Shown: positions 10,189 to 20,243 of the stretch, piece by piece
Layout of the letters: every line of letters begins with the position of its first letter
Numbering within the stretch: the first letter of the stretch is position 1
Assembly (NCBI GenBank): GCA_963827275.1
Contig: CAWHAA010000005.1
Coordinates: forward strand, 128,001-192,000
DNA length: 64,000 bases
Reading direction: 5' to 3'
Source: an uncultured Spirochaetota bacterium
GTDB lineage: Bacteria > Spirochaetota > UBA4802 > UBA5550
Notes under the pieces: model-generated
Told to the model about the DNA's origin: nothing
The model's input: only the letters and a program-made list of their open reading frames with translations
The model's database searches: none
Position numbers and translations under genes: made by a program

Positions 10189-11295
10189 CTAGTAGAATTC
10201 CTTTCCGCCGTGGCCCACTTCCTCGCCGTCGAGCGTGGAGAACTCCTTGAGCAGCTCCTTCTGCCGCGGCGTCAGCTTCTTGGGGACCTTGATATTGATC
10301 TTCACCAGCTGGTCGCCCCTCCCGTATGAGCCGAGGAAGGGGATGCCGTTGCCCTTCAGCCTGAAGACCTGCCCGTTCTCCGTGCCGGGCGGAATCTTCA
10401 TCTTGGCGACGCCGCCGCTGATGGTGGGTACTTCGATCTCGCCCCCCAGGCACACCATGGGGAAGGAGACGTCTATCAGGGATATGATGTCGTTGCCGTG
10501 CCGCTCGAATATCTCATGCTTCTTCACGTGTATGACCACGTAGAGGTCGCCCCCGGCGCCGCCGTTGGGCCCGTGTTCTCCCTCGCCGGTGATCTTCAGC
10601 CGTGACCCGGACTCCACGCCGGCGGGTATCTTGACCGTGATGGTCCGCTTGTGGAGCTTGAGCCCGGAGCCGCCGCACGCGGTGCAGGGCGAGGATATGA
10701 TCTTTCCCTCTCCCTTGCACTTGTAGCAGGTCTGGGTGATCGAGAAGAACCCCTGGGTCTGGCGGACCTGGCCGGCGCCGTTGCAGACCGGGCACACTGA
10801 CGGCTTGGTGCCCGCCTTGGAACCGGAGCCCTGGCAGGTTTCGCAGACCTCGTTCCGGGGGACCTTGATCTGCACCTCGGTGCCGGTGGCCGCTTCCTCG
10901 AGGGAGATGGATAGGTCGTACTGTATGTCCGATCCCCTGCGCGCCCGCTTGGTCCTTCCCCTGGCGCCGAAGGCGGACCCGAAGAAGCCCTCGAAAATAT
11001 CCGCGAAATCAAAATCGCCGAATATGTCCGAAAAGTCCTGGTAGGCCCCGCGCCCGAAGCCCTCGAACCCGGAAACGCCCTCGTGGCCGAACCTGTCGTA
11101 GGCCGCCCGTTTCTTCGGGTCCCTCAAAACTTCGTAGGCCTCCGTCGCCTCCTTGAACTTCTCCTCCGACTCCTTGTCGCCCTTGTTCCTGTCAGGATGA
11201 TATTTTAACGCCAGCTTACGGTAGGCCTGTTTTATGTCCTGCTCTGCCGCAGTCTTTGAAACACCCAGAACTTCATAATAGTCGCGTTTAGCCAA
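10189..11295 (-). CDS. dnaJ: Chaperone DnaJ
   Basis: J-domain with HPD, G/F region and four CxxCxGxG zinc repeats. Confidence 0.98.
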   Translation of the reverse strand: MAKRDYYEVLGVSKTAAEQDIKQAYRKLALKYHPDRNKGDKESEEKFKEATEAYEVLRDPKKRAAYDRFGHEGVSGFEGFGRGAYQDFSDIFGDFDFADIFEGFFGSAFGARGRTKRARRGSDIQYDLSISLEEAATGTEVQIKVPRNEVCETCQGSGSKAGTKPSVCPVCNGAGQVRQTQGFFSITQTCYKCKGEGKIISSPCTACGGSGLKLHKRTITVKIPAGVESGSRLKITGEGEHGPNGGAGGDLYVVIHVKKHEIFERHGNDIISLIDVSFPMVCLGGEIEVPTISGGVAKMKIPPGTENGQVFRLKGNGIPFLGSYGRGDQLVKINIKVPKKLTPRQKELLKEFSTLDGEEVGHGGKEFY

Positions 11296-11378
11296 TTGAT
11301 GTTTCCTCAGGATTTAAGTATTTAAGCTAATATACACAATATTCCACGCGATGTCAATGTCGCGGACAGAGCCCTGCC

Positions 11379-13328
11379 TTACTTCTTATCATCATCAACA
11401 ACTTCATAATCGGCGTCGTACACCTTCTCGCCGCCGCTGCCGGAATTCTGTTGCTGCTGCTGATCGGCCCCCGCATCCGCTCCCTTGTCGGGCCCGGGCT
11501 GTTGCTGCTGCTGACCGGCGGCCTGCGCGTGCTGCTGGTACATCCGCTCCGCGAACTTGTGGGACGCCTGTTCCAGCCTGCCCTTCGCCTCCTTGATGGC
11601 GCCGACGTTGTCGGTCTCCATCGCCTGTTTCAGCGCGGCGATCTCGGCCTCGATTTTCTCCTTTTCACCCGGCTCGACCTTGTCCGCGTTCTCCTTCATC
11701 AGCTTTTCCATGGAGTAGATGAACGAGTCGGCCTCGTTCCGGGCGTCGATAAGCTCGCGGGCCTTCTTGTCCTCGGAGGAATGCTCTTCCGCGTCCCTGA
11801 CCATCTTCTTGATCTCGTCCTCGTTCAGGCCGCTCGAAGACTCTATCCGTATCTTCTGCTCCTTGCCGGTGCCGAGGTCCTTGGCGGACACGTGCACGAT
11901 GCCGTTCGCGTCGATGTCGAAGGTCACCTCGATCTGGGGAACGCCGCGCGGCGCGGGCGGCAGGCCCACCAGGTCGAACTTGCCGAGGGTCCTGTTCTGC
12001 GCCGCCAGCTCCCGCTCGCCCTGGAGGACATGGATGGAAACCGCCGGCTGGCTGTCCGACGCGGTGGAGAATATCTGGCTCTTCTTGGTGGGGATGGTGG
12101 TGTTCCGCTCGATGAGCTTGGTCATCACGCCCCCCAGCGTTTCGATGCCCAGGGAGAGCGGCGTCACGTCGAGCAGGAGCACGTCATGCACGTCGCCGGT
12201 GAGGACGCCGCCCTGGATCGCCGCGCCGACCGCGACGACCTCGTCCGGGTTCACGCCCTTGTGCGGCTCCTTGGCGAAGATGCGCTTTACCAGGTCCTGC
12301 ACCGCCGGCATCCGGGTGGAGCCGCCGACCAGGATGACCTCGTCGATGTCGCCGGCCGTCAGCCCGGCGTCCTCGAGGGCGCTCTTGCACGGGCCCTTGG
12401 TCGATTCGATCAGGTCCTCGATGAGCTGTTCGAGCTTCGCCCGCGTCAGGTTCATCACCAGGTGCTTGGCGCCCGACTGGTCCGCGGTCAGGAAGGGAAT
12501 GTTGATCTCCGTCTGGCTCTTGCTGGAGAGCTCTATCTTCGCCTTTTCGGCCGCTTCCTTCAGGCGCTGGAGCGCCATCTTGTCGCCGGTCACGTCGATG
12601 CCGGTCTGCTTCTTGAACTCGAGCATCAGCCATTCCATGATCCGCTGGTCGAAATCATCGCCGCCCAGGTGCGTGTTTCCGTTGGTGGACTTGACTTCAA
12701 ACACGCCGTCCCCCAGCTCAAGGATGGAGACGTCGAACGTGCCGCCGCCCAGGTCATAGACCGCGATCTTCTCGTTCTTCTTCGCCTTGTCGAGGCCGTA
12801 GGCAAGCGCCGCGGCCGTGGGCTCGTTGATGATCCGCTCCACCTCGAGGCCGGCGATCCTGCCGGCGTCCTTGGTGGCCTGGCGCTGTGCGTCGTTGAAA
12901 TAGGCGGGGACGGTGATGACCGCGCGCGTGACCTTCTCGCCGAGGTAGTCCTCGGCGGTCTGCTTCATCTTCTGGAGTATCCGCGCCGACACTTCCTGGG
13001 GCGAGAATTCCCCGGCGATGGTCTTTACCCGGACCCCGTCGCGCCCGTCGTCAACGATGGTGTAGGAGACCATCCTCATCTCGTTGCCCACCTCGTTGAA
13101 GCGCCGTCCCATGAACCGCTTGATGGAGCGTATCGTGTTCTCCGGGTTGGTGATGATCTGGTTCTTCGCCACCTGCCCCACAAGGCGCTCGCCCTTGTCG
13201 GTAAAAGCGACGATGGAGGGCGTGGTGCGCTGCCCCTCCGAGTTCTGGATTACCACCGGCTCACCGCCCACCATGACGGATACGCAGGAGTTGGTGGTCC
13301 CCAGGTCGATTCCTATTATCTTACTCAT
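11379..13328 (-). CDS. dnaK: Chaperone DnaK (Hsp70)
   Basis: [33 protein letters not shown]. Confidence 0.99.
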   Translation of the reverse strand: MSKIIGIDLGTTNSCVSVMVGGEPVVIQNSEGQRTTPSIVAFTDKGERLVGQVAKNQIITNPENTIRSIKRFMGRRFNEVGNEMRMVSYTIVDDGRDGVRVKTIAGEFSPQEVSARILQKMKQTAEDYLGEKVTRAVITVPAYFNDAQRQATKDAGRIAGLEVERIINEPTAAALAYGLDKAKKNEKIAVYDLGGGTFDVSILELGDGVFEVKSTNGNTHLGGDDFDQRIMEWLMLEFKKQTGIDVTGDKMALQRLKEAAEKAKIELSSKSQTEINIPFLTADQSGAKHLVMNLTRAKLEQLIEDLIESTKGPCKSALEDAGLTAGDIDEVILVGGSTRMPAVQDLVKRIFAKEPHKGVNPDEVVAVGAAIQGGVLTGDVHDVLLLDVTPLSLGIETLGGVMTKLIERNTTIPTKKSQIFSTASDSQPAVSIHVLQGERELAAQNRTLGKFDLVGLPPAPRGVPQIEVTFDIDANGIVHVSAKDLGTGKEQKIRIESSSGLNEDEIKKMVRDAEEHSSEDKKARELIDARNEADSFIYSMEKLMKENADKVEPGEKEKIEAEIAALKQAMETDNVGAIKEAKGRLEQASHKFAERMYQQHAQAAGQQQQQPGPDKGADAGADQQQQQNSGSGGEKVYDADYEVVDDDKK

Positions 13329-13387
13329 TGAAATGCTCCTTGATTAAAATTTATATATCATGGGCCGCCACACCGGCCCCACTAACG

Positions 13388-14134
13388 TCAATGGACGCTG
13401 TCGTCCTCCCCGCCCTGGTCCCCGGCCCCGTCCGCGGCCGGCCCGGCGGGAGCGCCTGCCTTCTTTGCCTTGGTCACCCTGACCTTGGCGCTCCGCACGA
13501 CCAGGTCATCGATGCGGAACCCCTTCTGGTACACCTTCGACACCGTGTCAACATCGATGTCGCCGTTCATCTCGATCTCCACCGCCTCGTGGAAATTCGG
13601 GTCGAACTCCTGGTTCAGCGCGTCGATCTCCGTGACGCCGTATTTGCCCATGGCCTCTTCAATGCGGTCCGAAATCATCGAAACGCCTTCAACAAACGTA
13701 CCATGGGTGTCGTCGGTGACGCTCTCCTTCGATATGCTCTTCGACGCCTCGATCGCGCGCAAAAGATCGTCATTGATCAGGATGATATCCTGGGCGAAGT
13801 CCCGTACCACCATCTTCCGGTATTCTCCCTGCTGCTTGGCCATGCGCTTCTTGTAGTTCTCGAAATCGGCCTGGCGGCGCAGCATGGTGTCCTTCAGGGT
13901 GTCTATTTCGCCCCTGAGCTTCTGGCATTCCTTGATTGCGCATTCCTTCTCCTCGTCCGCGATCCTGTCGGCTTCCCTGCGGTATGTCTTGCGCCGCTCG
14001 TCAGAGACCCGTTCATCCTTCATCTTCTTTTCGAGGTCCTCATCGGACGAATCGAAATCCTTTTTCAGGGAATGGTCCTTGCCCTCGGCGGAATCCTTTT
14101 CTTTTGCCTTGTGTTCCTTGTGCCTGTCCATCAT
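13388..14134 (-). CDS. grpE: Nucleotide exchange factor GrpE
   Basis: LRRQADFENYKKR, FDPNFHEAV, YQKGF...RSAKVRV; position in the operon. Confidence 0.96.
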   Translation of the reverse strand: MMDRHKEHKAKEKDSAEGKDHSLKKDFDSSDEDLEKKMKDERVSDERRKTYRREADRIADEEKECAIKECQKLRGEIDTLKDTMLRRQADFENYKKRMAKQQGEYRKMVVRDFAQDIILINDDLLRAIEASKSISKESVTDDTHGTFVEGVSMISDRIEEAMGKYGVTEIDALNQEFDPNFHEAVEIEMNGDIDVDTVSKVYQKGFRIDDLVVRSAKVRVTKAKKAGAPAGPAADGAGDQGGEDDSVH

Positions 14135-14162
14135 ACGCTCCGATACTATAATACGCTGCCGA

Positions 14163-15221
14163 TCACTTCGACATCTTGGTGAGCAATTCAGTTACGATCC
14201 TGCCGGTGTAATCCACCAGCGGGACCACCTTCTCGTAATCCATCCTGGTGGGGCCGATCACGCCGATCGCGCCGACCAGCTTGTTCCCGATTTTATACGG
14301 GGTGGAAACCATGCTGCATCCCCTGACCTTTTCATCATCGATCTCCTGGCCGATCAGGGTCTGTACGCCCTCGTTCTCAAGCGTTTTCTCCAGTATGCGC
14401 CTGATGATGTTCTTCTCCTCGATGATATTGAGGAGGCTGCGCAGGCGTTCGTCCTCGACCATCTCCGGGATCTTCAATAAATTCTCTATGCCCTCGAGGT
14501 GGAGGTTCGGGTCCTCGCTCTCCGAAACGGCGAGCTGGGCGATATCCAGCGCCATCTCCTTGTTCACCACCGATGTCTTCTCGCCCCGCAGCCGGTTGAA
14601 GATGCTGTCCTTGATCTCGTAGATGGCATAGCCGCAGAGCTCCCCGGTGAGATAATTCGAGAAACAGTAGAGGTCGTCCTGCGTCACGCTTGATGAGACC
14701 GTCACCTTCTTGGTGAGCACCACGCCGGTCCGGGTTATGAGGATGAAGAGGATCTCGTTGCTGTCCATCGGGACAAGGACGACGCGCTTCACCACGGTAA
14801 AATCGAACCGCGGCGTGAGCATCACCGCCGCGTAGTGCGATTCATTGGAGAGCATTCTCGAGATGATGGAAAAAATCTTGTCCAGGTGCACTTCCCGCTT
14901 GATCGCTTCTTCCTTCACTGAGATCTCTTTTTCCTTCAGGGACGAATCATACGAGTCGAGAAGCGAATTCACGTAAAACCGGTAGCCCTTGTCAGTCGGG
15001 ATCCTTCCCGCGGACGTGTGGGGCTGCTTCAGGAACTCCATGCTCTCCAGGTCGAACATGATGTTCCTCATGGTCGCCGGAGAAACGGCGAGGGAATACT
15101 TTTGTACAAATGAACGGGAGCCGACGGGCTTTCCCGTGGTAATATAATCATGCACGATGGCCTGCAATAAAGAAGCTTCTCGTTCTTCGAGGGGCCGTTC
15201 TTTTATATTTTCCCGTGTCAT
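14163..15221 (-). CDS. hrcA: Heat-inducible transcription repressor HrcA
   Basis: PVGSR, SPATMRN, PHTSAGRIPTDKGYR, GVIGPTRMDY. Confidence 0.97.
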   Translation of the reverse strand: MTRENIKERPLEEREASLLQAIVHDYITTGKPVGSRSFVQKYSLAVSPATMRNIMFDLESMEFLKQPHTSAGRIPTDKGYRFYVNSLLDSYDSSLKEKEISVKEEAIKREVHLDKIFSIISRMLSNESHYAAVMLTPRFDFTVVKRVVLVPMDSNEILFILITRTGVVLTKKVTVSSSVTQDDLYCFSNYLTGELCGYAIYEIKDSIFNRLRGEKTSVVNKEMALDIAQLAVSESEDPNLHLEGIENLLKIPEMVEDERLRSLLNIIEEKNIIRRILEKTLENEGVQTLIGQEIDDEKVRGCSMVSTPYKIGNKLVGAIGVIGPTRMDYEKVVPLVDYTGRIVTELLTKMSK

Positions 15222-15237
15222 AGAAACGTCCTGTTTA

Positions 15238-15264
15238 TTAGCACTCGGGATAAATGAGTGCTAA
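15238..15264. promoter_or_regulatory. CIRCE operator (HrcA binding site)
   Basis: Perfect TTAGCACTC-N9-GAGTGCTAA, 16 bp upstream of the hrcA start. Confidence 0.97.
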
Positions 15265-15268
15265 TAGC

Positions 15269-15297
15269 ATGGTAACAAAAAAAATAAGGATAGTCAA
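15269..15297 (-). promoter_or_regulatory. Sigma-70 promoter of the hrcA-grpE-dnaK-dnaJ operon
   Basis: TTGACT-N17-TACCAT on the minus strand immediately upstream of CIRCE. Confidence 0.8.
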
Positions 15298-15313
15298 GCC
15301 AAAAAGTAAAAAA

Positions 15314-16150
15314 TTACCTTTTGGAGTCCTTTTCCCTATCCTTATTTTTTTTATCCTTATCCTTGGCTTTATCGTCTGCTTCGAGCGCCATCTTGGCCGC
15401 ATCAATGATATTCTTAAGCTTTGTCGCTTCCGTGTCTTCGCCGAAAAGGACATGTATCTTGCGGAGGGCCGCCAGGTAATTCATCGACTCGGTCAGGTCC
15501 TCCCTGGCCTTACCCGCCATTTCGTACTTGGTGCGGTACTGCTTGGCCGCCTCGGTGAGGCTCTCCTTGCACAGCTGCATCAGCTCCCGCCGGTCATGGA
15601 AAAATTCCGTCCTCGGGTCGCGGAGCTTCGCCACGTCGGAGAAGCTGATAATGTTCCTGGTGATCACCGCCGCGCGCGCCTGCAGCTCCACGAAGGACCA
15701 CTTCCACTTCGAATCCTGCCCGAACTTGTTCTTCAGCTTGACCAGGAGGTTGTGCATCCGCTGGACAAAATTGAGCATCTGGGACGGATTGATGCGGCTG
15801 ACCCGCGCCAGGTATTCGTCATTTTCCTTCAGGGTGCGGTCAATATCGTCCCCTACCACCTCTTCGAGGTGCTGGAGGACAAGGTAAAACTGCTTACGCG
15901 CGTTTTCGAGATAGCTGTTGTTCTTGATCCCCAGCATCTCCACGGAAAGGTCGTTCATTTTCAGGAAGCTGTCGATCGCGTCCATTTCATGGGAGGCGAG
16001 CTCGAAATTATAATAGCCGGCCACTGCGGGGTGCTTTTTCTTTTTTGACATCGCCTCGCCGAGAGACTTCTTGATCTGCTCGACTTCCCTTTTTATGTCC
16101 TTTATTTCATCGTTATACGCGGCTTTTTCGGCTTTGCTCAGTGTTCCCAT
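15314..16150 (-). CDS. Hypothetical helical protein (278 aa)
   Basis: Long ORF with genome-typical codon usage; no motif recognised. Confidence 0.8.
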   Translation of the reverse strand: MGTLSKAEKAAYNDEIKDIKREVEQIKKSLGEAMSKKKKHPAVAGYYNFELASHEMDAIDSFLKMNDLSVEMLGIKNNSYLENARKQFYLVLQHLEEVVGDDIDRTLKENDEYLARVSRINPSQMLNFVQRMHNLLVKLKNKFGQDSKWKWSFVELQARAAVITRNIISFSDVAKLRDPRTEFFHDRRELMQLCKESLTEAAKQYRTKYEMAGKAREDLTESMNYLAALRKIHVLFGEDTEATKLKNIIDAAKMALEADDKAKDKDKKNKDREKDSKR

Positions 16151-16159
16151 TGTACCATC

Positions 16160-16330
16160 CTATGCATAGGTATCGATGCGCGTCCCGGTATTATTTTCGG
16201 AAGATTCGGGCATACTATTAACAGGGGGCGCTTCCGGCTGCGCCGGCTGCACCGGTTCCTCCTGCCTCGGCGGCTGGGTAGAAAAGCCGGCCGGAACGAC
16301 ATCAGGTCCGCTGATATTGGTAATTTCCAT
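16160..16330 (-). CDS. Small Pro-rich protein (56 aa) with YjfB-like C-terminus, missed by the ORF track
   Basis: AAGGAGGA RBS, ATG 16330, MEITNISGPDVVPAGFSTQPPRQEEPVQPAQPEAPPVNSMPESSENNTGTRIDTYA*; stop 9 bp before the next ATG. Confidence 0.7.
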   Translation of the reverse strand: MEITNISGPDVVPAGFSTQPPRQEEPVQPAQPEAPPVNSMPESSENNTGTRIDTYA

Positions 16331-16630
16331 AATGTCCTCCTTATTTATTATGGATTTTGACCGATCAAGGCCTTTCTATATATAATATAAATTTTGAGGA
16401 GATTATTTTCAAGTAAAAAACATTATGAAAAAACGCCCCGCCCGACAGGAGGCTTTCTAGAGCCCTCCGGAGGGGGTATGCTGCTTGAATTCTCTCAATA
16501 AATCCCGAAAAATACTTGCCATTCAGGCAAACTGTTGTTGTACTATTCTGCGGACAGGCATTCTGAGCGCATTTTCAATACTTTTTCTCAATTTCAGCGA
16601 GGCGCACGACCCTTTGACAGGCGCAGGGTG

Positions 16631-16727
16631 AAGTTTCAAACTTCCGTCCAGCGCTTTTTGTGCCGGAGGGGGGATAACTTGAGAGGGAGCAGCTTCATAT
16701 TAAACGCCTTGTGCCACCTCGGCCGAA
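16631..16727 (+). repeat. Dispersed repeat, copy 1 (diverged, ~97 bp)
   Basis: AAGTTTCAAACTTCCGTCCAGCGCTTTTTGTGCCGGAGGGG...GAGAGGGAGCAGCTT...TTGTGCCACCTCGGC aligns with copies 2 and 3. Confidence 0.85.
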
Positions 16728-16788
16728 TACAAGGAGGGGCACTATCCACCAAGCAGATTTTCATCACATGCATACCAGGAGGCCCTTC

Positions 16789-17463
16789 GTGACACGAAAC
16801 CTTATGGCGGTAATTATCATCGCATCATCAGCCCTGGCGTTCCTATCCTGCAAGCAATTCATGCCGGGCAGGAACACCGACGGCGAGATAAAATTCATGG
16901 TGGGCAGCGTCACCATGAACGGGAAACCGGCGGCGCCGGGGGACACGGTCCGCTTCGGAGATGTCATAGAAACCGGCGATCAGTCCTCGTGTGAAATAAT
17001 CATCGCCGGAAAGAACCTGATGGTCCTGGTCCCGAACACCAAGCTCCTGTACCGGGTCACGACCCGCGAAAGCAACCTCGAGCTTTCGAGAGGCGCCCTC
17101 GGGGCCATAATCCGGAATAAAGACGCCACCGGCGACCTGTACATCAAGACATCCACGGTCACGGCATCGGTCCGCGGGACCATATTTTACATCGCGGTGG
17201 AAAATCCCGACAGGACCTACACCTGCACCTGCAACGGCAGGATACATTTCAAGCCGGAAACCGCCGGAGGAATTTTATCCCGGCAGGCGCCCGGGGCCGA
17301 AGATACGCTGGTAGAGGCAAGCCACCATGAGGCGTATTATTACATCAGGGAAAAAGGCTCGATCAAAATCGAAAAGGCCGGCCTCAAGTACCATAGCGAC
17401 GAGGCCATGAACAAGGAAGCGGCCGTGATAGGGGAAACAGTCGACTGGACGAAAATCGAGTAG
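16789..17463 (+). CDS. FecR-domain lipoprotein (LipL45-like)
   Basis: AGGAGG RBS, GTG 16789, lipobox AFLSC, FecR-like GDVIETG and T.TVTASVRGT motifs. Confidence 0.8.
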   Translation: MTRNLMAVIIIASSALAFLSCKQFMPGRNTDGEIKFMVGSVTMNGKPAAPGDTVRFGDVIETGDQSSCEIIIAGKNLMVLVPNTKLLYRVTTRESNLELSRGALGAIIRNKDATGDLYIKTSTVTASVRGTIFYIAVENPDRTYTCTCNGRIHFKPETAGGILSRQAPGAEDTLVEASHHEAYYYIREKGSIKIEKAGLKYHSDEAMNKEAAVIGETVDWTKIE

Positions 17464-17659
17464 GCCGAGATACAAGACCCCGGCCCGCACTATCCGGCAC
17501 ATGTTCCCGGCCAGACGCCCCATGCTGTCCGCGCCGTATTAATCAAAGACCGTTCCGAAGATGTTCCGCAGATCCCCTCCCCGCGCAAAACCCACATGAC
17601 ATGGACCGGCATCCCAATCTTGCTGAAAATGGGCCCTGTTCCCCCGGCAATAGGGCGCA

Positions 17660-18655
17660 TTATAATCCAGATTTTGCCAGACGGAAGCCTATCGCAGTGG
17701 ACTCAATATCAGGGTTGGAATATCCGATACGGCCCAACTCAATGCTCTGATAGGTGCTTCCCCAACTGCCTCCCCGCGACACGCGCTGCGATGATGATGA
17801 TGACAAGTCAAAGCAAAATTCTGAAACATTGCCGTTCATGTCATAAATCCCCAGGGCATTGGGGGCCAACTCTTTAACGTTATGCGTTGATGATCCGCTA
17901 TTTGCATCGTACCACGCCACCGCCTCATTCGCCACCTCGTTGCCAACATTGGCAATTGCGCCGCTCGCATACATGCCGGGACAATACTCCCCCGGATCAT
18001 ATATGTCGCCGTCATTGTTCGCGTCATTGATGTATCTGGCCGCGAGCTCCCACTCCGCAGAGGTGAGCAGACGGAACCCGGTAGCGGAAAGGTCCTGGAC
18101 GGACGTGTCGCATTGCCCGCCGTTGGAATCGCGCGCGTCCCTTATAGGGACGTTCCCGGCGCGGTATGCGCAGGTATAGTGTGTTCCATACTCATCATTG
18201 TGCCACTCGGTCAGGGCATTGCACCAGACCATGCAGGTCCGCCAGTTTATACTGGTTACCGGTTCAGTAGTCAGCGCCGAATCGTCCAGCCCACCGTTAT
18301 GGCCTTCTATGCCCAGCGTGGCGAAAAAGTATGGATCGGTTATCCTGGACGAGGCCCATGAACGCACATAGCGCCAGACCGCATAGGTAACCTCAGTCTC
18401 GCCGATCCAGAAACCGTGCGATACTTCTACCAAATCATAATCATCCAGCCCGTCCCCGTATCTCTTGGGTGGCACATAGATCATCATGATATTCCCGCTT
18501 TTAATATTATACCCGATTTTATCACCGGCTTCCGGGCCGGCACCACCGGAAACAGGTAATAAAGTTATTTTCTCAGTGTCATCGCATCCGGACGCAACGA
18601 TTACGGAAAATAAAACCACAAGGAATGCTTTTCTTGTTTTTGTATTTACATTCAT
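17660..18655 (-). CDS. FGE-sulfatase (SUMF1/CLec-fold) domain lipoprotein
   Basis: GGAGGAGG RBS, lipobox VASGC, GETEVT, FRLLTSAEWELAAR, PNALGIYDMNGNVSE, RVSRGGSW, IGFRL. Confidence 0.9.
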   Translation of the reverse strand: MNVNTKTRKAFLVVLFSVIVASGCDDTEKITLLPVSGGAGPEAGDKIGYNIKSGNIMMIYVPPKRYGDGLDDYDLVEVSHGFWIGETEVTYAVWRYVRSWASSRITDPYFFATLGIEGHNGGLDDSALTTEPVTSINWRTCMVWCNALTEWHNDEYGTHYTCAYRAGNVPIRDARDSNGGQCDTSVQDLSATGFRLLTSAEWELAARYINDANNDGDIYDPGEYCPGMYASGAIANVGNEVANEAVAWYDANSGSSTHNVKELAPNALGIYDMNGNVSEFCFDLSSSSSQRVSRGGSWGSTYQSIELGRIGYSNPDIESTAIGFRLAKSGL

Positions 18656-19196
18656 ATCCTCCTCCTCCAGAAATCCAATAGTATGGCGCCGCGCCGCCGC
18701 CCGTCAGTTGTCGTTGCGGTACACCGCGCCGTCCCCCATGATAAATAGTGTGTGGTTTGACGGTACTACAGGCAACGATGATATTCAAGCTTTTTTTAAT
18801 TATGGCTTCTTGTTGCCCGTTTCAACACAAAGCGCCGGACAGGGGTCTCGATATTTCGTATATGCAGGAGAAGAAGCATGCGCCACACGACAAATCGCGC
18901 AATACTTCGGCTGGCTTAGGAAAATTTTTATTGAAATACATTAACTAAATGACAACACAACGACATACACTGTCAGGTTCCCCTTAAGATTATTATTACT
19001 TTCATGAATAACCAGAAAAAATCATACACCATAATTCCTGAATAATATCCCTATGACAACTCGTCCGAAAGTCATGGCCCGGTTCATAAGACCGGGCCAT
19101 TTGCATGGTGATAGTTTCTTAATTTATAAACAGCCATTTTCAAGCCCCTCTGCCCGGCGCTTCAGGGGGCGAAGGGTGCGAAGCCCCCTGCAAAGA

Positions 19197-19323
19197 AAAT
19201 TTCAAGCCTCTGTCCAGCGCTTTTTTGTGCCGGAAGGGGCATAATGCGAGAGGGAGCAGCTTTATATAAAATGCTTTGTGTCACCCGGGCTTGAACTGAA
19301 CAGGTTGCTTTTTCCTATATAAT
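19197..19323 (+). repeat. Dispersed repeat, copy 2 (127 bp)
   Basis: AAATTTCAAGCCTCTGTCCAGCGCTTTTTTGTGCCGG...GGGCTTGAACTGAACAGGTTGCTTTTTCCTATATAAT; internal TTCAAGCC/GGCTTGAA inverted ends. Confidence 0.92.
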
Positions 19324-19327
19324 CAAT

Positions 19328-20203
19328 TTATGACTGCGCCAGCATGGTTATCAGCTCTTCACATCCGCCCTTTTTCATGAATTCCGAATGTTCGTCTATC
19401 GTGGCAAAGCGGCGTCCCGTTATTTTATGACAGACCATTTCATTGCCGGTTTCATTGAGGAATTTTTTCAGCATTTCTTTGGCGTAGGGATTATTGTATG
19501 CGGACTTACCCGGATTTTTTCTGCTCCAGTCGAGACTTTTCATCCATACGGCGGCACCCAGGGCGCCGCAACCATGGCCCCCCAGTCCAAGGCCTCCGGC
19601 AAAACCGGCGACCATTACCATTTCCGCATCATCGGCCCCCATTTTTCTGGCCACCTCTGAAGCGCAGCTTATCGGCGTTTGAGAATAATTCTGATTTTCG
19701 GATAATCCTTCATCTGCCGCCCGCATCGCCTCCGGGGCCCATTGTTCAGCGAGATCCAGGCAGTATCTATCAATATGAAGTATGAATTTAACCATGAATT
19801 TCATCATATCAAGTTTGTTTGTTAAATCATAACCGCTTACGTCCCGGCAATTGACGCTCCCTGCCGTTTTTGAAAAGGACTCCGCGAGGCGCCGGCTTGC
19901 TGTTACGGCCGCCGCGATGGCCAGGTCGCGGTCATGGTGCTTGCGAAATGATTCAGCCCCTGCGGCCAGCGCCGATCCCCAGAGCATTCCGCACTGATGC
20001 CCCCGCTGCATTATTCCGCCCGCCAGGGGGTCCGCGGCCCGTTCCCCGGTCTCCGAGGAACAGCCGAATCCGCTGTTCAGCAGGTAGCAGAAGGTTCGGG
20101 AGCAGGTTCCCAGCTTCAAAAATACTTTTTTAACGTCTTGATTAATGGTTTCCACTGGCAACTCCCTTGTTGTTTTCTTTGTATCATTCACCTGTTTTCT
20201 CAA
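19328..20203 (-). CDS. C_GCAxxG_C_C family putative redox-active protein with two tandem domains
   Basis: Two copies of C...(L/F)AGG..xGHxCG(M/A)LxG...xxC: LAGGIMQRGHQCGMLWG and FAGGLGLGGHGCGALGA. Confidence 0.85.
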   Translation of the reverse strand: MRKQVNDTKKTTRELPVETINQDVKKVFLKLGTCSRTFCYLLNSGFGCSSETGERAADPLAGGIMQRGHQCGMLWGSALAAGAESFRKHHDRDLAIAAAVTASRRLAESFSKTAGSVNCRDVSGYDLTNKLDMMKFMVKFILHIDRYCLDLAEQWAPEAMRAADEGLSENQNYSQTPISCASEVARKMGADDAEMVMVAGFAGGLGLGGHGCGALGAAVWMKSLDWSRKNPGKSAYNNPYAKEMLKKFLNETGNEMVCHKITGRRFATIDEHSEFMKKGGCEELITMLAQS

Positions 20204-20243
20204 GAAATAGCATCTTCTGAAGCTCTAAGTATTGAGGCCTGTT

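Noticed and set aside
11449..11520. Duplicated CAG-rich tract in the dnaK 3' end (two QQQQQ runs)
   Set aside because: Low-complexity variable linker typical of DnaK C-terminal tails.
11451..13331. 626-aa ORF antisense to dnaK, and similar long antisense ORFs over tyrS, the radical SAM gene, HDAC, hydantoinase and the Big_5 gene
   Set aside because: Shadow ORFs expected from high-GC codon bias; the dnaK antisense frame is a well-known artefact. No RBS or motif support.
15238..15453. 71-aa ORF overlapping the hrcA promoter
   Set aside because: It overlaps the 278-aa gene, the promoter and CIRCE; no RBS; likely spurious.
17660..17830. Active DGR variable region within this window
   Set aside because: No template repeat, reverse transcriptase or avd-like gene seen in the 64 kb.
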